A stretch of DNA of 58,724 nucleotides, filler included, from Bipalium vagum (Eukaryota), in the NCBI GenBank assembly GCA_037834085.1. It is 3 parts of 3 records of this genome, joined end to end, with 100 filler letters (N's around TTAATTAATTAA, not from the genome) between each part and the next. Parts side by side here need not be neighbours in the genome. Positions count along the whole stretch, not along the records: positions 21,674 to 40,565 come from JBBMKC010016264.1; positions 40,666 to 58,724 come from JBBMKC010042483.1; 1 more part is not named here. One strand, 5' to 3'. This document shows, one piece after another, positions 39,241-53,393 of this stretch (positions within the stretch are counted from its first letter, which is position 1; every line of letters begins with the position of its first letter). The notes beneath the pieces were generated by a model. It searched no databases, was not told the DNA's origin, and saw nothing but the letters and a program-made list of their open reading frames with translations. A program made the translations under genes and the position numbers.

Positions 39241-40565
39241 CAAACTAAACTAATTACTTTAAGGTACTTCGTGTCTCATATTTATGACATCAATTTAATA
39301 TTTATGGATAATTATGAAGACATTAAACTTATGTATTATATATCCTGAAAAAAAATATTTGAATTACTTTTTTATATATTTAATAGTCAATTTTTTTATC
39401 CTAATTTTATTTACTGATAGTTTTCATAACAAGAATTATGAATATTTGGAAAATATTTTAAGACATTACTTCTTTGTGGAAATTGAGGATTTTGTATCAA
39501 ATTAGAACAATTCAATAATTGAAGAATTTTGGGATATTTTACCTTTATTTCCTCACGTGAGGAAAAAAAGGTAAAGATTTTTATTGGAGGGAAACAGAAA
39601 AGGTCTATTTTGACAATAATAAGTTTTATTTTGACATTATTAAATTCTATTTTGGCAAAATGTTAATTACAACAATTTTAAGTGTCAAAACAGACCTTTA
39701 CAATGTCAAAATAGAGGTGAAAAAGGTGTATATAAATATGTTAATCATTTGCATTATATACATAAAAACATGCATGATCATTGTTAAGTCTCTTAAATAG
39801 TGGAGCGGGTTAAGAGCTTAAGGGTTAAAAGGTTTTTGAAGCGTGTTTTATCTATGACTTTTAATCGACTAAAATAACAATTTGATACACAAAACTTTAT
39901 TGATACTAAATGACAATCTGATTATATGAATTTACAAATCAAGAGTGATTGCTGTTTAAAAAATCCTCTGTAAGAAAACTTTCCTCAAGTTTAGGATTAA
40001 TTAGAAGGAAGGATATCTTTTCGCACTGATAAAAATACTAGTCTCAAAAGCTCTCAAAGATATGCAATTCATCACCATAATTAGTGTGTGAACTGCGAAA
40101 ACAATAAAGAACTGCTTCTGAAGTGAAGGAAAAACAAAAAGAATTAATTGATTTTAGCTCTCGACCCTAACATTTACTTCTAAGATATTTAATTATTCAA
40201 TTGTACAATTCGTTAGAATTACAAATTGGGATTTTCGATTTTAACTTTATTTATTCAATATTATAAAAATTGTGCAATTCGTTTAACTGTTAATTCGTAA
40301 TCTATTTTTAGTAAGTTCTACTTGCTATATTATTTTTTATGATATATATTTTTTTTGTTTTAATTTATGTACTTTTGTAGAATAATAATAACAACAATAA
40401 TAACGATAATGATCATAATTATTTATTTATATTTCATTTTATTTAATTTTTATTATATATACAACTCTTGGGGAAAAATTCTTTTAACATTGTGAGTATT
40501 TAAACATATTTTTGAATTTTTAAATTTTTATAAAGTGTCCTTTTTAAAACTCGATATTCGAAGAT

Positions 40566-40665
40566 NNNNNNNNNNNNNNNNNNNNNNNNNNNNNNNNNNN
40601 NNNNNNNNNTTAATTAATTAANNNNNNNNNNNNNNNNNNNNNNNNNNNNNNNNNNNNNNNNNNNN
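40566..40665. other. Assembly spacer (N44-TTAATTAATTAA-N44)
   Basis: Identical to 21574-21673. Confidence 0.97.
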
Positions 40666-42449
40666 TAAAAAATAAATGGCTCGAAAGTCAGTTGATTTTA
40701 CAAAATAACAAGAAATTATTAGACGTTAAGCTCAATTGATAATTTTATATATTATTTTTTTTGTTTTTTCCCCTTGTTTTTATAATGCATGTTGTGACTA
40801 AAAGAGAAGAGATTAAATACGAGGTCGATGATAAATTTACCAGCATTAGGATGAAAATTTTCATGTAATCTTATACTTGTAAAATTATGATTTCCAGAAT
40901 GATTTAACACGCATATATTCCCTTTCTCATAATTTTTATAGACGGAAAATTAAATATAGAAGACTTAAAAATAATCATTTATAAGCATTCGTCGACATTT
41001 GATCTCCAGATCACTTTAATTCTTTTTCAGTTTGTTTAATTAATACAATTCGCTGGTTCAGTTTTCGAAAAGACCTCATCATTTTATTGTTTTAAAAAAT
41101 TAACTGCAACTTCTAAATGGACGAATACTGAAGATTTATAACGTTTTAAAGATAATTATTTAATTACCAATAAAAAAATATTATAAATTTATCAATAAAT
41201 TAATTATCTTTCTCCAAAAATAAATATTGATGAAATTGATAAATTTGGTAATTAATTATTAATTTGAAAATATTAATATTAGATATTTTATCAATAACTT
41301 AAATATCCTTTCCCATTAATAAATATTGATGTTACTGATACTGGTGATAGTAAAATTATTAATTAATTTATTATTATTTTATTACTGATATTTTTATGAA
41401 ATCTAATATTATTTCATTATTATTGAGATTAATTGTGAAAACTGTCATTAATAATAAAAATAAAATAATAAAATTTATATTTTTAATAAGAATATTTATA
41501 TACTTATAATATATATTTTAAATATATTCATTCAAATAAAATGATTTTTTTGAATAATGAATAATTTTTTTTTAATTAATAAAAAGATTTTTAATATTAA
41601 AATATTGATATTAACGATTTAGTCTTATTAACATTGATTTTATACTTTTTCATTGTTTTTTTCTTTTTGATTATTACGAAAATTTTATTTTACTCAATTA
41701 TTTAACCATGATTAATATCACAGTAAGTTAAAAAGCGATATATCAATGTACGAAAAATATTATATTTATTAAAATTATGCATGGAAATAATTAAATAGAA
41801 AATAAATAAAATGACTTCCAAAAATAATAAAAAATTAAAATGTCATGTACACAGCTTCCATTGATGAAATTCTGTTTTAATTATTTTTAATTAGACTGAA
41901 ATCTACGGCTTATGGTTATGATAATTATATTATTTATGTTAGTAAATGAAATATTCATTTTACATGAAGCATAAGCACATTCATTAATGATAATACATAG
42001 TTTCTATTTAGATCAGGTAATTAATAATAATTATTATTATTATTATTAAAATATAAAAAACATTGTTAATACTATCTCCCTTCTTATTATTATTAATTTA
42101 AATGAACAAGTTTTGAAAATGAATATGCTGATTTTTATGTGATCATAAAATCATTGGTAATCATTCACATATAATTGGTCTTAAATATTTTTTGGCAATC
42201 TATGATCAATTATTTAGTAATGAAAGAGAAAAAAAAGAAAATAATCAAACAAAACACAAACTTAATAAAAAGAAAAACAGAAAGAAAATCTAGTACCCAT
42301 CATCAGATAAAGTACTTGGCAGATTCAGTATCCAAAAACATTTTCCTCAGAATTCTGACTGATATAAAAACATAGAAAACCACAATATTTTATTATTCTT
42401 TATAATTATGCTTAACATAAGGAATGATTATAACAGATAAAGAAAACAA

Positions 42450-43570
42450 CAAAAATCAGCTATTTCAATTTATCAATGCTCAGAGGAATAACTTAACGTT
42501 TTTGAATTATGTAGTAATGCTTCTATTAACTTGTTAATGGAGAGGTTTCCGCCACAATTTTTTTATGAACATCTTTATCTTTATTTCAATGCTTTTAAAA
42601 TCAACGTTTATTACGTAAATTTAAGGACTGTTGAACAGGCAAGTTGGTTGTTCACATTTCCGATCTAATCTAAAGTCAACCATCAATGATTGATTTTTGA
42701 GACATGGTAGGAAAGAAAAACATGACAGGCTTCCACAACATTTTCCTTCAAATCATTAACATAGAATAGTTCAATGGTGTGAGATCTCATCTGTTAAGAG
42801 CCCATCTAATCCAATCTCCACGTGTAATCCAATTTTGAAAAACATTTTTATCAAAAACCTATATGTCATTATTTTCTAATTTTCTGATGCACCATCGTAT
42901 TTGAAATTTGATTTCTCAACAATGTAAATCTTTTAAAGTTAGGCACAAAATGATCATTCATCATGAATATGTAATCTTCTAATTTCACAATGTCCTACTC
43001 AATACGGGAATGACAATCAATTATCAGTAAATTTCACATTGATGATCTTCTTGTAATTTCTTTAGGGTTTTTCAGTATTTTCATGACGATTTAAACAATC
43101 AGAAACATGGAAAGTTACTTCATCTAATCAGAAAATATTTCCCTTAAATCTGAACCATTCGAATATTTAGTCAATAATGAATTTTAGAAGCTCAGTGTAT
43201 TCAATGTTTTGGATCATCACCAAAATGTAGAATTATAAGATGAAAACCCTTTCACATGAGAATCTATAGTGGATCCTGTTCAAATAAATTGTGGTAAATA
43301 CCAAAAATAATTGGTTGTATTATTTCTTTTATTTTTCCATTTCCAATCTGTACCAACGTTACAGATTGTGTGGTGTCATATTCTAAACACTAGAAATTCG
43401 TTCTTGGACTGTCAATATTCTGAGTTACTAAATAATATAACTGTATACAACTTTGATTATCATGAAAAGACTTACAAAACATCGATAAAAATGATCTGAT
43501 TAATATTTGACGCTGTCTATAGATAAGAAAGATGAATAAAATTATGGAGTGACTAATCGAACACTGTATA
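42450..43570 (-). mobile_element. Degenerate Tc1/mariner element, rosa/DD41D-like
   Basis: EYDTTQSVTLVQ, DEVTFHVSDCLNRH, DGAS, WITRGDWIRWA...DLTPLNY on the minus strand. Catalytic spacing cannot be counted because of frameshifts. Confidence 0.7.
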
Positions 43571-43734
43571 TTGATATACTGTAAGATATAATGATACTTT
43601 GTATATACTATAATCATCGTCCTGAAAAACTAAATCTTAAAACATTCAGTATCATCAAGTGAATTTAAAATTTTAAGCTGTTCAGGAAAAAAAGTAGTCT
43701 ATAGGCGTTTTAAAATTAAAAGAAATGAAATAGA

Positions 43735-43890
43735 ACCCAGAGACTCGGTGAGGGGGCGGGGTTAAGGACCTGGGTGTGAAGTAAAAGGAAACAGATCAGA
43801 CTGAGTTTTAAAGGAGGGGTGTAAGATAAGTTGAAAAATAGTTTGGAAATGTAGCTCAGCGGTCAGAGCAGTTTATGCGCATTTGAAAGG
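43735..43890 (+). mobile_element. Diverged, truncated second copy of the tRNA-LTR TRIM
   Basis: agagactc...ggttaagga...gagttttaaaggagggg|TGTAAGATAAGTTGAAAAATAGT, then ATGTAGCTCAGCGGTCAGAGCAGT identical to the first copy. Confidence 0.75.
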
Positions 43891-44969
43891 TTGTATTGAA
43901 ACATTGTATTACAGAGTTTTTAAGAAGATAAAAATATTATATGCGAAAAAATTATTATGATTTTTATAACACATTAACAAACATAACTTGTAAGTTATAC
44001 TCGTTGTCAGCTGCAAGTTCTTCTGTTTTCTATCAAGATTGTCCATGATATTATTTTTTAATTTTCATTAATCAACAATTTTAAATATTCGATGGGACCC
44101 GGGTTTTCAGTTTTCAAATGTCCAGAAAAGAAAACAAATTATTAAGAATATTCAAGAGAAATTTGATGAGAAAATCACATAGAATTCATGTATTTAAAAT
44201 CATGTATAAAAATTTCCTTTAATCCAACAACAGAATTTAGTGGCAACTGAAATGAAAGGAAGTTGTTGAACATACAGATTCAAAAATGAAAACAAAGTCT
44301 TGTCAAAGAACGAAACATAAGTCAAGTCTAAATTTTCCCTTATGTAACTTAAGATTAAGAACCTTTTCGTTGATTTTTTTTTATTTAAAACATACTTGTT
44401 TCGTTTGGTATTACTTAAATGGTTGTTCCCTTTATAATAAATCGAATTTTTACTACTTGTCTTGAAATAAACTCCCCTTAAACATATGACTGCAGTAAAC
44501 AGCTGCGATTCTTCTTGCAATTTATATCTTAAATGTAATTTATTAATCTTTAAATTTTTAAAATTTTTTTTAAAATTTTTGTTTCCCAAAATTGTTATTG
44601 CAAAATCTCATTGAATTTTATTTATGCACTTAAGAATATAAATATATAAATTTATAAATATTCATTTCTTAATTTAATTTCTATATTAAACTTTCAAAAC
44701 CTTATCTTAGAAATAAGTTTCTTTTATCTCATTCTCAAATGAATATAACGATTTTATTTCCGTTTTTTTACTCTCATATCCAAGAATTCCGCGAAAGAAA
44801 TGGAAAATATTATTATTTTTATTATTATTATCTAAAAAGCGTTAACATGAAGAAATAAACTTGCACCTATATTTGTCAAGCAACATATTTAAATAATTAT
44901 TTCAATTAATAATCAATTTTATATATTTGTTTGCATATTTAACTCAAATTATAGTTATTCTTAACAGAA

Positions 44970-45200
44970 ATGAGATCTAATATCGAAGTTACTTATGTTT
45001 CATCATATGATGAATGCCCATGTTTAAATGATGAAGAATCAGATGCAGAACAAGAAGCAAATGTTGAAGACGAAGAATATGATTCAGATAAATCTTTGGA
45101 GTTGTACATGTCAGTAAAGATGGAAGTATATGGTCTACAAATACGCAATAAAAAATTCAAATCAATTTATAAATATTTTTTTCTATAATATGATAAATAT
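44970..45200 (+). mobile_element. Possible piggyBac transposase N-terminal fragment
   Basis: Acidic stretch DEESDAEQEANVEDEEYDSD followed, after a frameshift, by SKDGSIW. Confidence 0.4.
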
Positions 45201-45960
45201 AGGTGCGTTGATGTCTTTATCGTGATCACAATTCCAGTAATATAAAAATTATAAAGGTTGAAAATTTCTGAAGGGCCTCGCAAATCAACTTTGATGACAG
45301 TTTTATAAGATCGTAATAAAATTATATTGGTATTGAAAAATCACTTTGGTCGAGCTTCAATTGAAATGGTTCTTAGATATCAATTTATTTCTGGACTGTA
45401 TGATACTATAAAGTCCAAAGGTTGTGTGCTGAAAACTCGATACAAACTACAGATTGTAATTCTTGATGTCAATTAATAAACTAATATTTTTAATATTTTG
45501 TCTTTACTTTACATTTGTACCTATCCAGCATTTTAGAGACATACTTTGTCTGATTTTCTGATTTTTCTGTCGACTTATAATAAATTCATTTATTAAATAA
45601 CAAAGAAATGATGAGAATCAGAATTCTAAAGATGTTAAAAAAATTCAGATTAATATGACCTCAAGAAAAATAATTATCAATGCTGAAACATGTGAAAAGA
45701 CAAATGTACTTTTTCATCCATCTGATGGTTAAAGAGATCTGTAATTCAAAAATGTCTTCATTTTTTAAAAAAATTGTAGTTCAGTACATATTTAACAAAT
45801 CAAATCATTGTAAGTATTAATTTGAAGGTCGAATTTATGTGCATAATAAATTAAATTTGTTTAAATAATCTAAATATTTAAAAATTGATTTTCAGTTAAA
45901 TTTTATCAAACTGGATTTTTAAATTATTTACCTTAACTAATCAAAAATGAAACATTATAC

Positions 45961-46042
45961 TTCCGAAACTGCTGAAGCATAAATTCCGCATCCAATATAG
46001 GTTAAGTAAACAAGCGTACTTTTCCCATTGGCTTGTATCATG
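45961..46042 (-). CDS. Candidate nuclear-receptor LBD helix 10/11 exon
   Basis: HDTSQWEKYACLLNLYWMRNLC resembles LRH-1 EKFGQLLLRLPEIRAIS; weak aag acceptor, donor gtataa. Confidence 0.3.
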
Positions 46043-47612
46043 CTTGAGATACAAAAGAATTCAGTTTAATGACAAATGGAGGAAAAATATAAAAAAGTCC
46101 GACGTTTATTGAAAACATAAAAAAATTTCAAATCTGTATTGATTCACACCGAATTGACTCTTTTTGTATTATATTTTTACATTTAATGAAAAATAGATTC
46201 TTCAGAATAATTGTCGTTGTTCAGTACACTTTTAAGTTATTAGTAAGCCCTAAGAAGTTTCATAAACCCATATTTATTTTTATAAATAATATTATTCTTT
46301 AATTTAAAATTTTACTATCAAAGACTCATATTAGTCTTAATAATTATTTTTTAAATAAGCAAAGCGTACTTACTTATAAACAAATTTTTCCGTAAAATTA
46401 TGAGTTATTAGTTTCCATTTTACTTTCCCAACTGTGTTAATTTCAATTCATTGCTGCTTATTACTCTTAATTCTTTTCTTTATAAATATTTTTAGTTTGT
46501 TTATATCCATTTAGAAAATAAAATTCTTTGTTATAAAAATTTTATTATAATATATAATAATAAAATATATTTTTATAAATTATAATAATTTTATATTAAT
46601 AATAAGTATTTTCATAAGTTCTGTCACTTTAAACAACAAATTTCGTATCACGCTTTTCGAAATGATTTCTTCTTCTTTCACATAGCTGCTTAAACCTCAG
46701 GACCAATCATCCAATTGCGATACACGCCTTGTTCCTATCTATTTCAGTAACTGCTTTGACTTTTCCAAATTCCTTCTAGGCTAAATGCAAACCTTCTCTA
46801 AAAATGAACATATCTTTTAATACAGAGGATTCAAATCTGAGCTTGGAGGGACTAATAAACTCAATTTTTGTTGATGAAACCATTTTTGAGTTGTTTCAGG
46901 ATAATGGGCCGGCGCAGACGTCTGCACAAATAACCTATGCTTATTTATGAACATTGTTGAATCTATGGATTTAACCATTTTATGATAGTTGAACTTAACA
47001 GATGTATCTTTTTGGTGAATTAATTTTAAATAAATATCGATTGAGGAATCAAAGATAACCGTTTTGCAACCTTTTTATATTACTATTTACAGATATAACA
47101 ATATGTCTATTAATGATAAGCCTTTTATTGGAAATTGACGTGTCTTCTCTTTGTAAATATAACCACACGCGCAAGGTTTATACACAATATTAGCTTAAAC
47201 TGCTTTAGAGGTCACTTTTCTTTGTCTGTAGTTAAAGATTTCATGTTTAAGTCTTCTTTGTTTACTGTCTGTTACATTTTATTTCTTAGAAAACAATTAT
47301 AAAACTTGAGTCCGCCTGAATAAGAAATTTTAATAATTTCCTTAAATTCTTTTTTCCTTAACTTCAGTCTCTGATTCTTTAATATTCATAAAGTTATCCA
47401 CAATTACTTCTACCATCTTTTTAATTTCCAACATTATTATATTTATATTTCACTTATTTTTAGTTTAGTGAACATCAATTTATTTTTTAAATAAACAGGA
47501 ACCATTTTGAAAGTAAAACATTTTAACTATTTTAATTCTTCTTTAATAAATTAATCAATCATTTTCTTTCAGTTCATCTTCAGTTGATAGAGATAATTAT
47601 AAAATAACTATA

Positions 47613-48081
47613 CAGTCGAACCTCTTTATAAAGTCACCTCTATATAACGTCATTTAGTATTACTTTTAAAAATATGTAATTAGATTTTAACAAAAATACT
47701 TCTATAGAACATCACCTCTCTACAAGGCCAAACATCTCTATAACGTCAAATTTTTAGATCCTAAATTTAAAATTTATATCCTTTATTTTAAAATTACCTC
47801 CATATAAAGTCAATTTAAAAATTTAAAAAATTATTTAATCGATGAAATTTTAAATCTTTAATATTTCTAATTATTAATATTTAATGATTATTAATTATTT
47901 ATTATATAACTAATTAATATTTAAATTTACCTCTCCAAAATGTCAAATCACAATATAACATCATAAAATTACATAAATAAAAAATTTCCTAAAATATTAT
48001 TATCTCTCAATAACGTCAAACCTCCTTATAAAATCATAGAATCTTGATCCCGACGGGTGACGTTATAAAGAGGTTTGACTG
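47613..48081. mobile_element. Tigger/pogo-type MITE
   Basis: 26-bp TIR CAGTCGAACCTCTTTATAAAGTCACC (2 mismatches), TA on the left, several internal cctc..tataacgtca copies. Confidence 0.85.
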
Positions 48082-48590
48082 TGCTTAATTTCATTTTATA
48101 TTAATAATTAAAATATTTTAAAAATTATTTATACATTAATTAAAAACAAGGAAATTGCTCTTTTACTTTAAATTTTACTATTAGTGTTATTTTCATAAAA
48201 TTTATATTTTTTTAAAAACTTGAAATAATACATATCCATATTATCATTATATATATATTGAAAAATTAATTATTAATTATTATTACAAAAGTATTAAATA
48301 ATTAAAATGATTTAAGAAATAAATTAAAGATAAAAATAGATTCTATACTTATTATCTGTACTGAGTAATCAGAAAGAAAAGGAGATAAAGCTATTTATTT
48401 GTTTTACTTTGATCTATTATCTTAATCCCTTTAATGCATTGTTAATGATAAAAGGAGAGAATAGTTATCATTACAGTTTAGTGATTAATATTGTGTTACA
48501 TTGAAATATTTTATTTTCATATTTCACGTTGAACAATATTTCGTAATGCAAAGTAAAAAGATACTAGAGATCAAATGAAACGATAAAAAC

Positions 48591-48674
48591 CATTTGATAG
48601 TAGTTTAAGAAGAAAAGAAACATATGTGCATAAACTTCTGTTAAATAAAACACTGATCTGCTCACTTGATGTTG
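48591..48674 (-). CDS. Candidate nuclear-receptor LBD helix 4/5 exon
   Basis: tttag acceptor in phase 0, matching the upstream donor. LTEVYAHMFLFFLNYYQM aligns with SF-1 LQNCWSELLVFDHIYRQV; weak donor. Confidence 0.45.
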
Positions 48675-49302
48675 CTAAATATACAACGAAAGACTCTTTG
48701 ATTGAGAAAATCAAATTATAAAATAATATAAATAAAAAATATATATACACCAAAAAATAAAATGAAATTGTAAAAAAAATTGGTTCAGATTTACTTCAAA
48801 TATTTAAGTGTGTGCAATAGTCCATGTCAAGTACTATTGTGGTGTAAAGATACACTGGACTTTATAATTTAACTTAATGTTTTACATATTTTGATTTCAC
48901 TTTTATATTATTTATTTGATATGGTATAAGCAAGAAATTATAACCCATTACTAAGGATACGGTGATATGTGTGTTATACATTCATTAAAGAGGAAACCTG
49001 AATTCTTCAATCTTTCTCTGTCTGTTCAACAAACTCTATTATACTATGCAATCTCTGCACTATGTCGGGTAATTATGGTGGTATGTTATCCTCAGAGATT
49101 CCACTCTGAGGTAAATCACTTTCTTACCATACTGCCAAACAAACTGCGTCAAAGTAAAGTAGGTTTATTTTATTCCTAAATAAAAATAACACCTATATTT
49201 GTCAAAATTCTATTGTCAAAAGAATCTAAATATCCTCCATAGACAGAGCTTTCAAAACATTCTGTAACAAAAGAAATACTCTTAAATCTAAATTAATTGC
49301 AC

Positions 49303-50042
49303 TATGAGGGTTGTTCAACAAGTCAGGGAAAATTTAAATAGTTTTTGAGTGAAAAAGTATTTTATATTTTACAGAATCATTGATATTGGATTCAATGCGA
49401 AGGTTTTGTGTTAAAATATATAAGGTTTTTTAATTTTTTCGTATTGTGCAGTAATTACGAAACACAGACCATAAATGTGTTTAAAGAATTTCAAAAATTC
49501 TGGTTTAAAAAAGAAACCTAATGAACTCCTATCTTACAATAAAACAATTGATTTTGATCTGGATTGTGATCAATTCACAAGATTAAAATAAAGGAGTAAA
49601 AAAACCAAACCAAATTTGATAAAATGGAAGAACAACATGTTCCAGTACAACATTGTCAAACCCTTTACATCGTTGAAATCTCGAAAAAAATTGAATGAGC
49701 TTTTCTGGGAAGTAATGATGCATCAAACGCAAAGTCCAGATCCGACACCTTCATAATACCATTTATTTATTTATCTCTTCAAACGCTCTAATTACAGTAA
49801 GCTTCAATTCTGTGCAAGAGTATGAAAATATTTGGTACATATTTTGGTCTAAAAATTCCAAGAGATTTTTCAATGATGAAATAATTAATCTACCAGAAAA
49901 TGGCAAAATAATATCAATGTAAAAGACGCATATGTGATTTGAATAAATAAGTTTACTCTACAATTTGTTAAAATATAAAAAGAAATTCCCCGTCAGATTA
50001 GTTTAATCACTAAAAATCAAAAATTCCTTTTAGAAAACCCAG
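49303..50042 (+). mobile_element. Internally deleted mariner
   Basis: FQYNIVKPFTS, WEVMMHQTQSPDPTPS*YHL, LPEKWQN; mariner-like ends. Confidence 0.7.
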
Positions 50043-50715
50043 TTTACACTTGAAAGTAACAAACATAATAAAATGGAAAATCATTAAAAAAAATGCTCTT
50101 TAAACACTAATTTTAATGGTTAAAAGGGTTACGAAAACAAAGCCAAAGTCTAAATAAACTTAGGAAAACCCTTCGCCACCAATTTGAATGATTCAAACTT
50201 GTTTACAAAAATTAACCAGTAATCATATATAGTGCCACAAAAGTCACCGAATGCCTAGATCGACCAAAAATGTAACACCACAGGAAATGATCCACTTATA
50301 TCAAAAGAATCTTTTTTCTTCACTCTATATAAAAAATTGAAAATGTGCAAATTGTCCATATGATGGGTACTTAAAGAATATAGTAAAATAATAAACCAAT
50401 AATAAGTACAATTATGAAGAAGGCATTTAAGATAACGTATATTTTTTTAAAAGGTTGTAATTTTTTTATAGACCGCTATTCGTTTTGAAGACACAATTTA
50501 TACATATTTTATTAGATTTTATGAATTAGGTTACATTAATTAATTAAACTGAATTTCTTTTTAAAATATGAAATAAATGACATGATAAATATCATTTAAA
50601 CAATAATTTACATATCAAAACAAATTCAAAATAAATAAATAATAATTTTAAATTTAAAAAAGAATTCCGACAAAAATATAAAATATGAAGACGGTGCAGA
50701 AAATCATTAATTTAC

Positions 50716-51054
50716 CTCTATAAAATCGATGCATTCTGCCTTCAACTTTTCATCAAACAATCTGGCTGATCTCACCAGATTTGGTAAATTCTTGTCAAAA
50801 TAGGAATTTTTCGCAATCAACGTGTCCAATTCGTTCTCGGATTTGATGGGATAGTTACAATTGTTGTCGTCTGAGACATTCTGTCCGTTTGGCTTGGAAA
50901 TAAGATTTTGAAGATAGCTCTGTAAAAGATCAGAATTCTGAATAGAGGACTCCAACCTTGTGTGGGTTTTCAATAAGGATGGTGACATTTGTTGGGGGAC
51001 AGCTTGATTATGTTGCAGTCGGTGACAGTCGTTTGAAAGGCACAAATTTTCAAC
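50716..51054 (-). CDS. NR5A/FTZ-F1-like nuclear receptor exon (hinge/LBD helix 3)
   Basis: cgtag acceptor and gtaaat donor, phase 0 with the upstream exon. DKNLPNLVRSAR is in register with DQTLFSIVEWAR. Confidence 0.75.
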
Positions 51055-52435
51055 CTACGATATACAAATAAAATTTCACCTATTTTCACGTTTTTCACAA
51101 CATTTAATTTTCATTTAGAAATTTAGAAATTATTCCTACTAAGCAAATATCAATTCTTTAGTGCTTAGTTAACAATTTATTAAGTTACAAATTTGAAAGA
51201 ATTTTCTGAATTATTAAATGAATAAATAATACATTATTAAAATAAAGCGTACTGTGTTTTTCTACAATGATAATATATTAAATAACATTAACAATTGTTA
51301 ACATTCTCGTATGTTAAATGTGAAAACTTTAATAATTTTTATTTAAAATAGTTATATATTAATATATATATATATTGATTATCATTATCATATTGATTAT
51401 TATATATATATAATATTGATTATCACATTTATTTTAATTATTTTTTTACATTAAAAAACATACATCGATATATAAATGAAAATTATTTTATATTAAATTT
51501 AAAATCATAAAATAATAATATTATAATTAATATTATCATCATTTTTCATATATTTTTGTATTCATAAATAAAATTTTTAGAAATAAAAATTAATTTAACT
51601 CATTTAATTAATAAACAAAAACTAATATCAATTTTAATTAATTAATAATAAAAAATTATTGAATTCATAAAAAATAATAATACTTATAATAATTAAAATT
51701 ATACTTAGAAAATTGTGAATCTCATCAGAAATTTATTCATTTATATTATATACAATACATTTGAATAAAATTAATAAAAATCATGCAGGTATAGTTTGAC
51801 CCCAAATACATATCACTCGAATAATATCGATTAAATATCTCAATTATTAATTATTACTCGAATTCAAATCCCATAATTGAACCCAGATATTGTACAAATT
51901 GGAATATTTATGAAGTTTCAGTTGGAATCTAAGTGAAAATTTTAAGCATTTTTCGAATATTTTACTGTAAACAAAAATCAAGCCATTAAAATGCTGGAGA
52001 TCTTATGAAATACATTTATTTCTATTTAACTTTTTAAAGTTTCTTAAACAATTATTTAATTAAATTCCTAAAATATTTCATATCTTTTCATTTAAAATAA
52101 TAACGAAATATTTTAAAACCAATGCCAAATTTTAAATTAAAAACCATTTTAACCTTTTCATACAAAATAATCCAGAATGAATTTACTGTGAACAATTGTT
52201 ATTATTTATTTTTTTTTTTAAATATTATTTTTATTATTTGCATGTTCTTATAAGATGTAAAAAATAAAAGTAAAAATTACAATTTTAACCTAGTCATAAT
52301 TCAAACCACAAAAAGAATATATCGATCAGGTAATAATATTTAATAATTAATAATAAGACTTAATAATCAATTTAAATTTCATTTGAGTCAAAATTTGAAA
52401 TTTTTTTTATACATATTAATATTTTTCAGAATTTA

Positions 52436-52900
52436 TTAGGGGCATTGCATAAGTTTCCATCGTTTTAAGACAAAGAATTTTTATTAATATAACAAATAAA
52501 ATGGAACATTTAATCAAAATATTTTCCAATATTATTAACTACTTTTTCCTTTTTTCAGGTAAAAGATAAAAACCCAGATGAAAATAGTCTTTGGGCTTGG
52601 ATTGAATAAAATATGAATTTTTACACCCCTACACTATTGCTAAAGTTTACATCGGAAAGACTATGTTGCATTGAAAGTAATAGCTGGAAATCCATTAAGG
52701 CAATATCCGTGAAATATGCCGGATGCCACAGAATTTCCCTTTTTAAGTCCATCAAAGTTTCCCTTGTTCTTAGTGCCACATGTGGTCTGGCATTGTACTT
52801 TGAAAAACTATCTTTAATGTCCTTCATAATCTTTACTTGAAAAAATAACTATTAAATCCAATATTTTGTTTCCTTTCTTGCTTGGAAAATGTCATCATAA
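52436..52900 (-). mobile_element. Mariner 3' fragment
   Basis: YNARPHVALRTRETL...HPAYFTDIALMDFQLLLSMQHSL; TA|TTAGGGG terminus. Confidence 0.8.
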
Positions 52901-53311
52901 ACCTAAGACTAGAGAATGCAGTATGTTTTAATATAAACATCACTCCAAAACTGAAGTTACACTACAATTCTTTAGAATCACAAAACAAATAAAATACTAA
53001 AACATTTCACTTTTTAATCTATAGTATAATTCTTCATTGACTTGAGGATTTCGACAAAAATAACAATCTGAAAACAATATATCATTTTTTCTTCATTTGG
53101 CAACGTTACATTTGATGATCAAAAAATTAATAAGTAAATTAGTAATAAATGATAATTAATGTTTTATCTTAGTAATTAGTTATTTTTTTGGTGCATGAAA
53201 TTGATTTTTATAAGTGTTTCATTCGGTTTTAGTTAAGCATGAATTTTCTTTTTTATTAAAATTTAAGAAAAATTATTTTTTTTATTATAAATAAAATAAC
53301 ATGAAATAATA

Positions 53312-53317
<6 letters not shown>

Positions 53318-53376
<59 letters not shown>

Positions 53377-53393
53377 TATTAATAATAATAATA
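53318..53393. repeat. (AAT)n/(ATT)n microsatellite palindrome
   Basis: Perfect 28-bp arms at 53319-53374. Confidence 0.9.

Noticed and set aside
44200-44589. - ORF with FDKTLFSFL resembling LBD helix 3
   Set aside because: Helix 3 is already explained at 50716-51054, no phase-compatible acceptor, and the + strand looks TE-derived.
46590-46690. - strand SVIRNLLFKVTELMKIL resembling LBD helix 7
   Set aside because: No compatible splice sites, and the region adjoins a Merlin-like fragment; likely coincidence.
48967-49179. + ORF resembling a nuclear-receptor LBD signature (LKRKPEFFNLSLSVQQTLL)
   Set aside because: Wrong strand for the receptor; the minus strand shows a decayed mariner motif (IPP*LPDIV).
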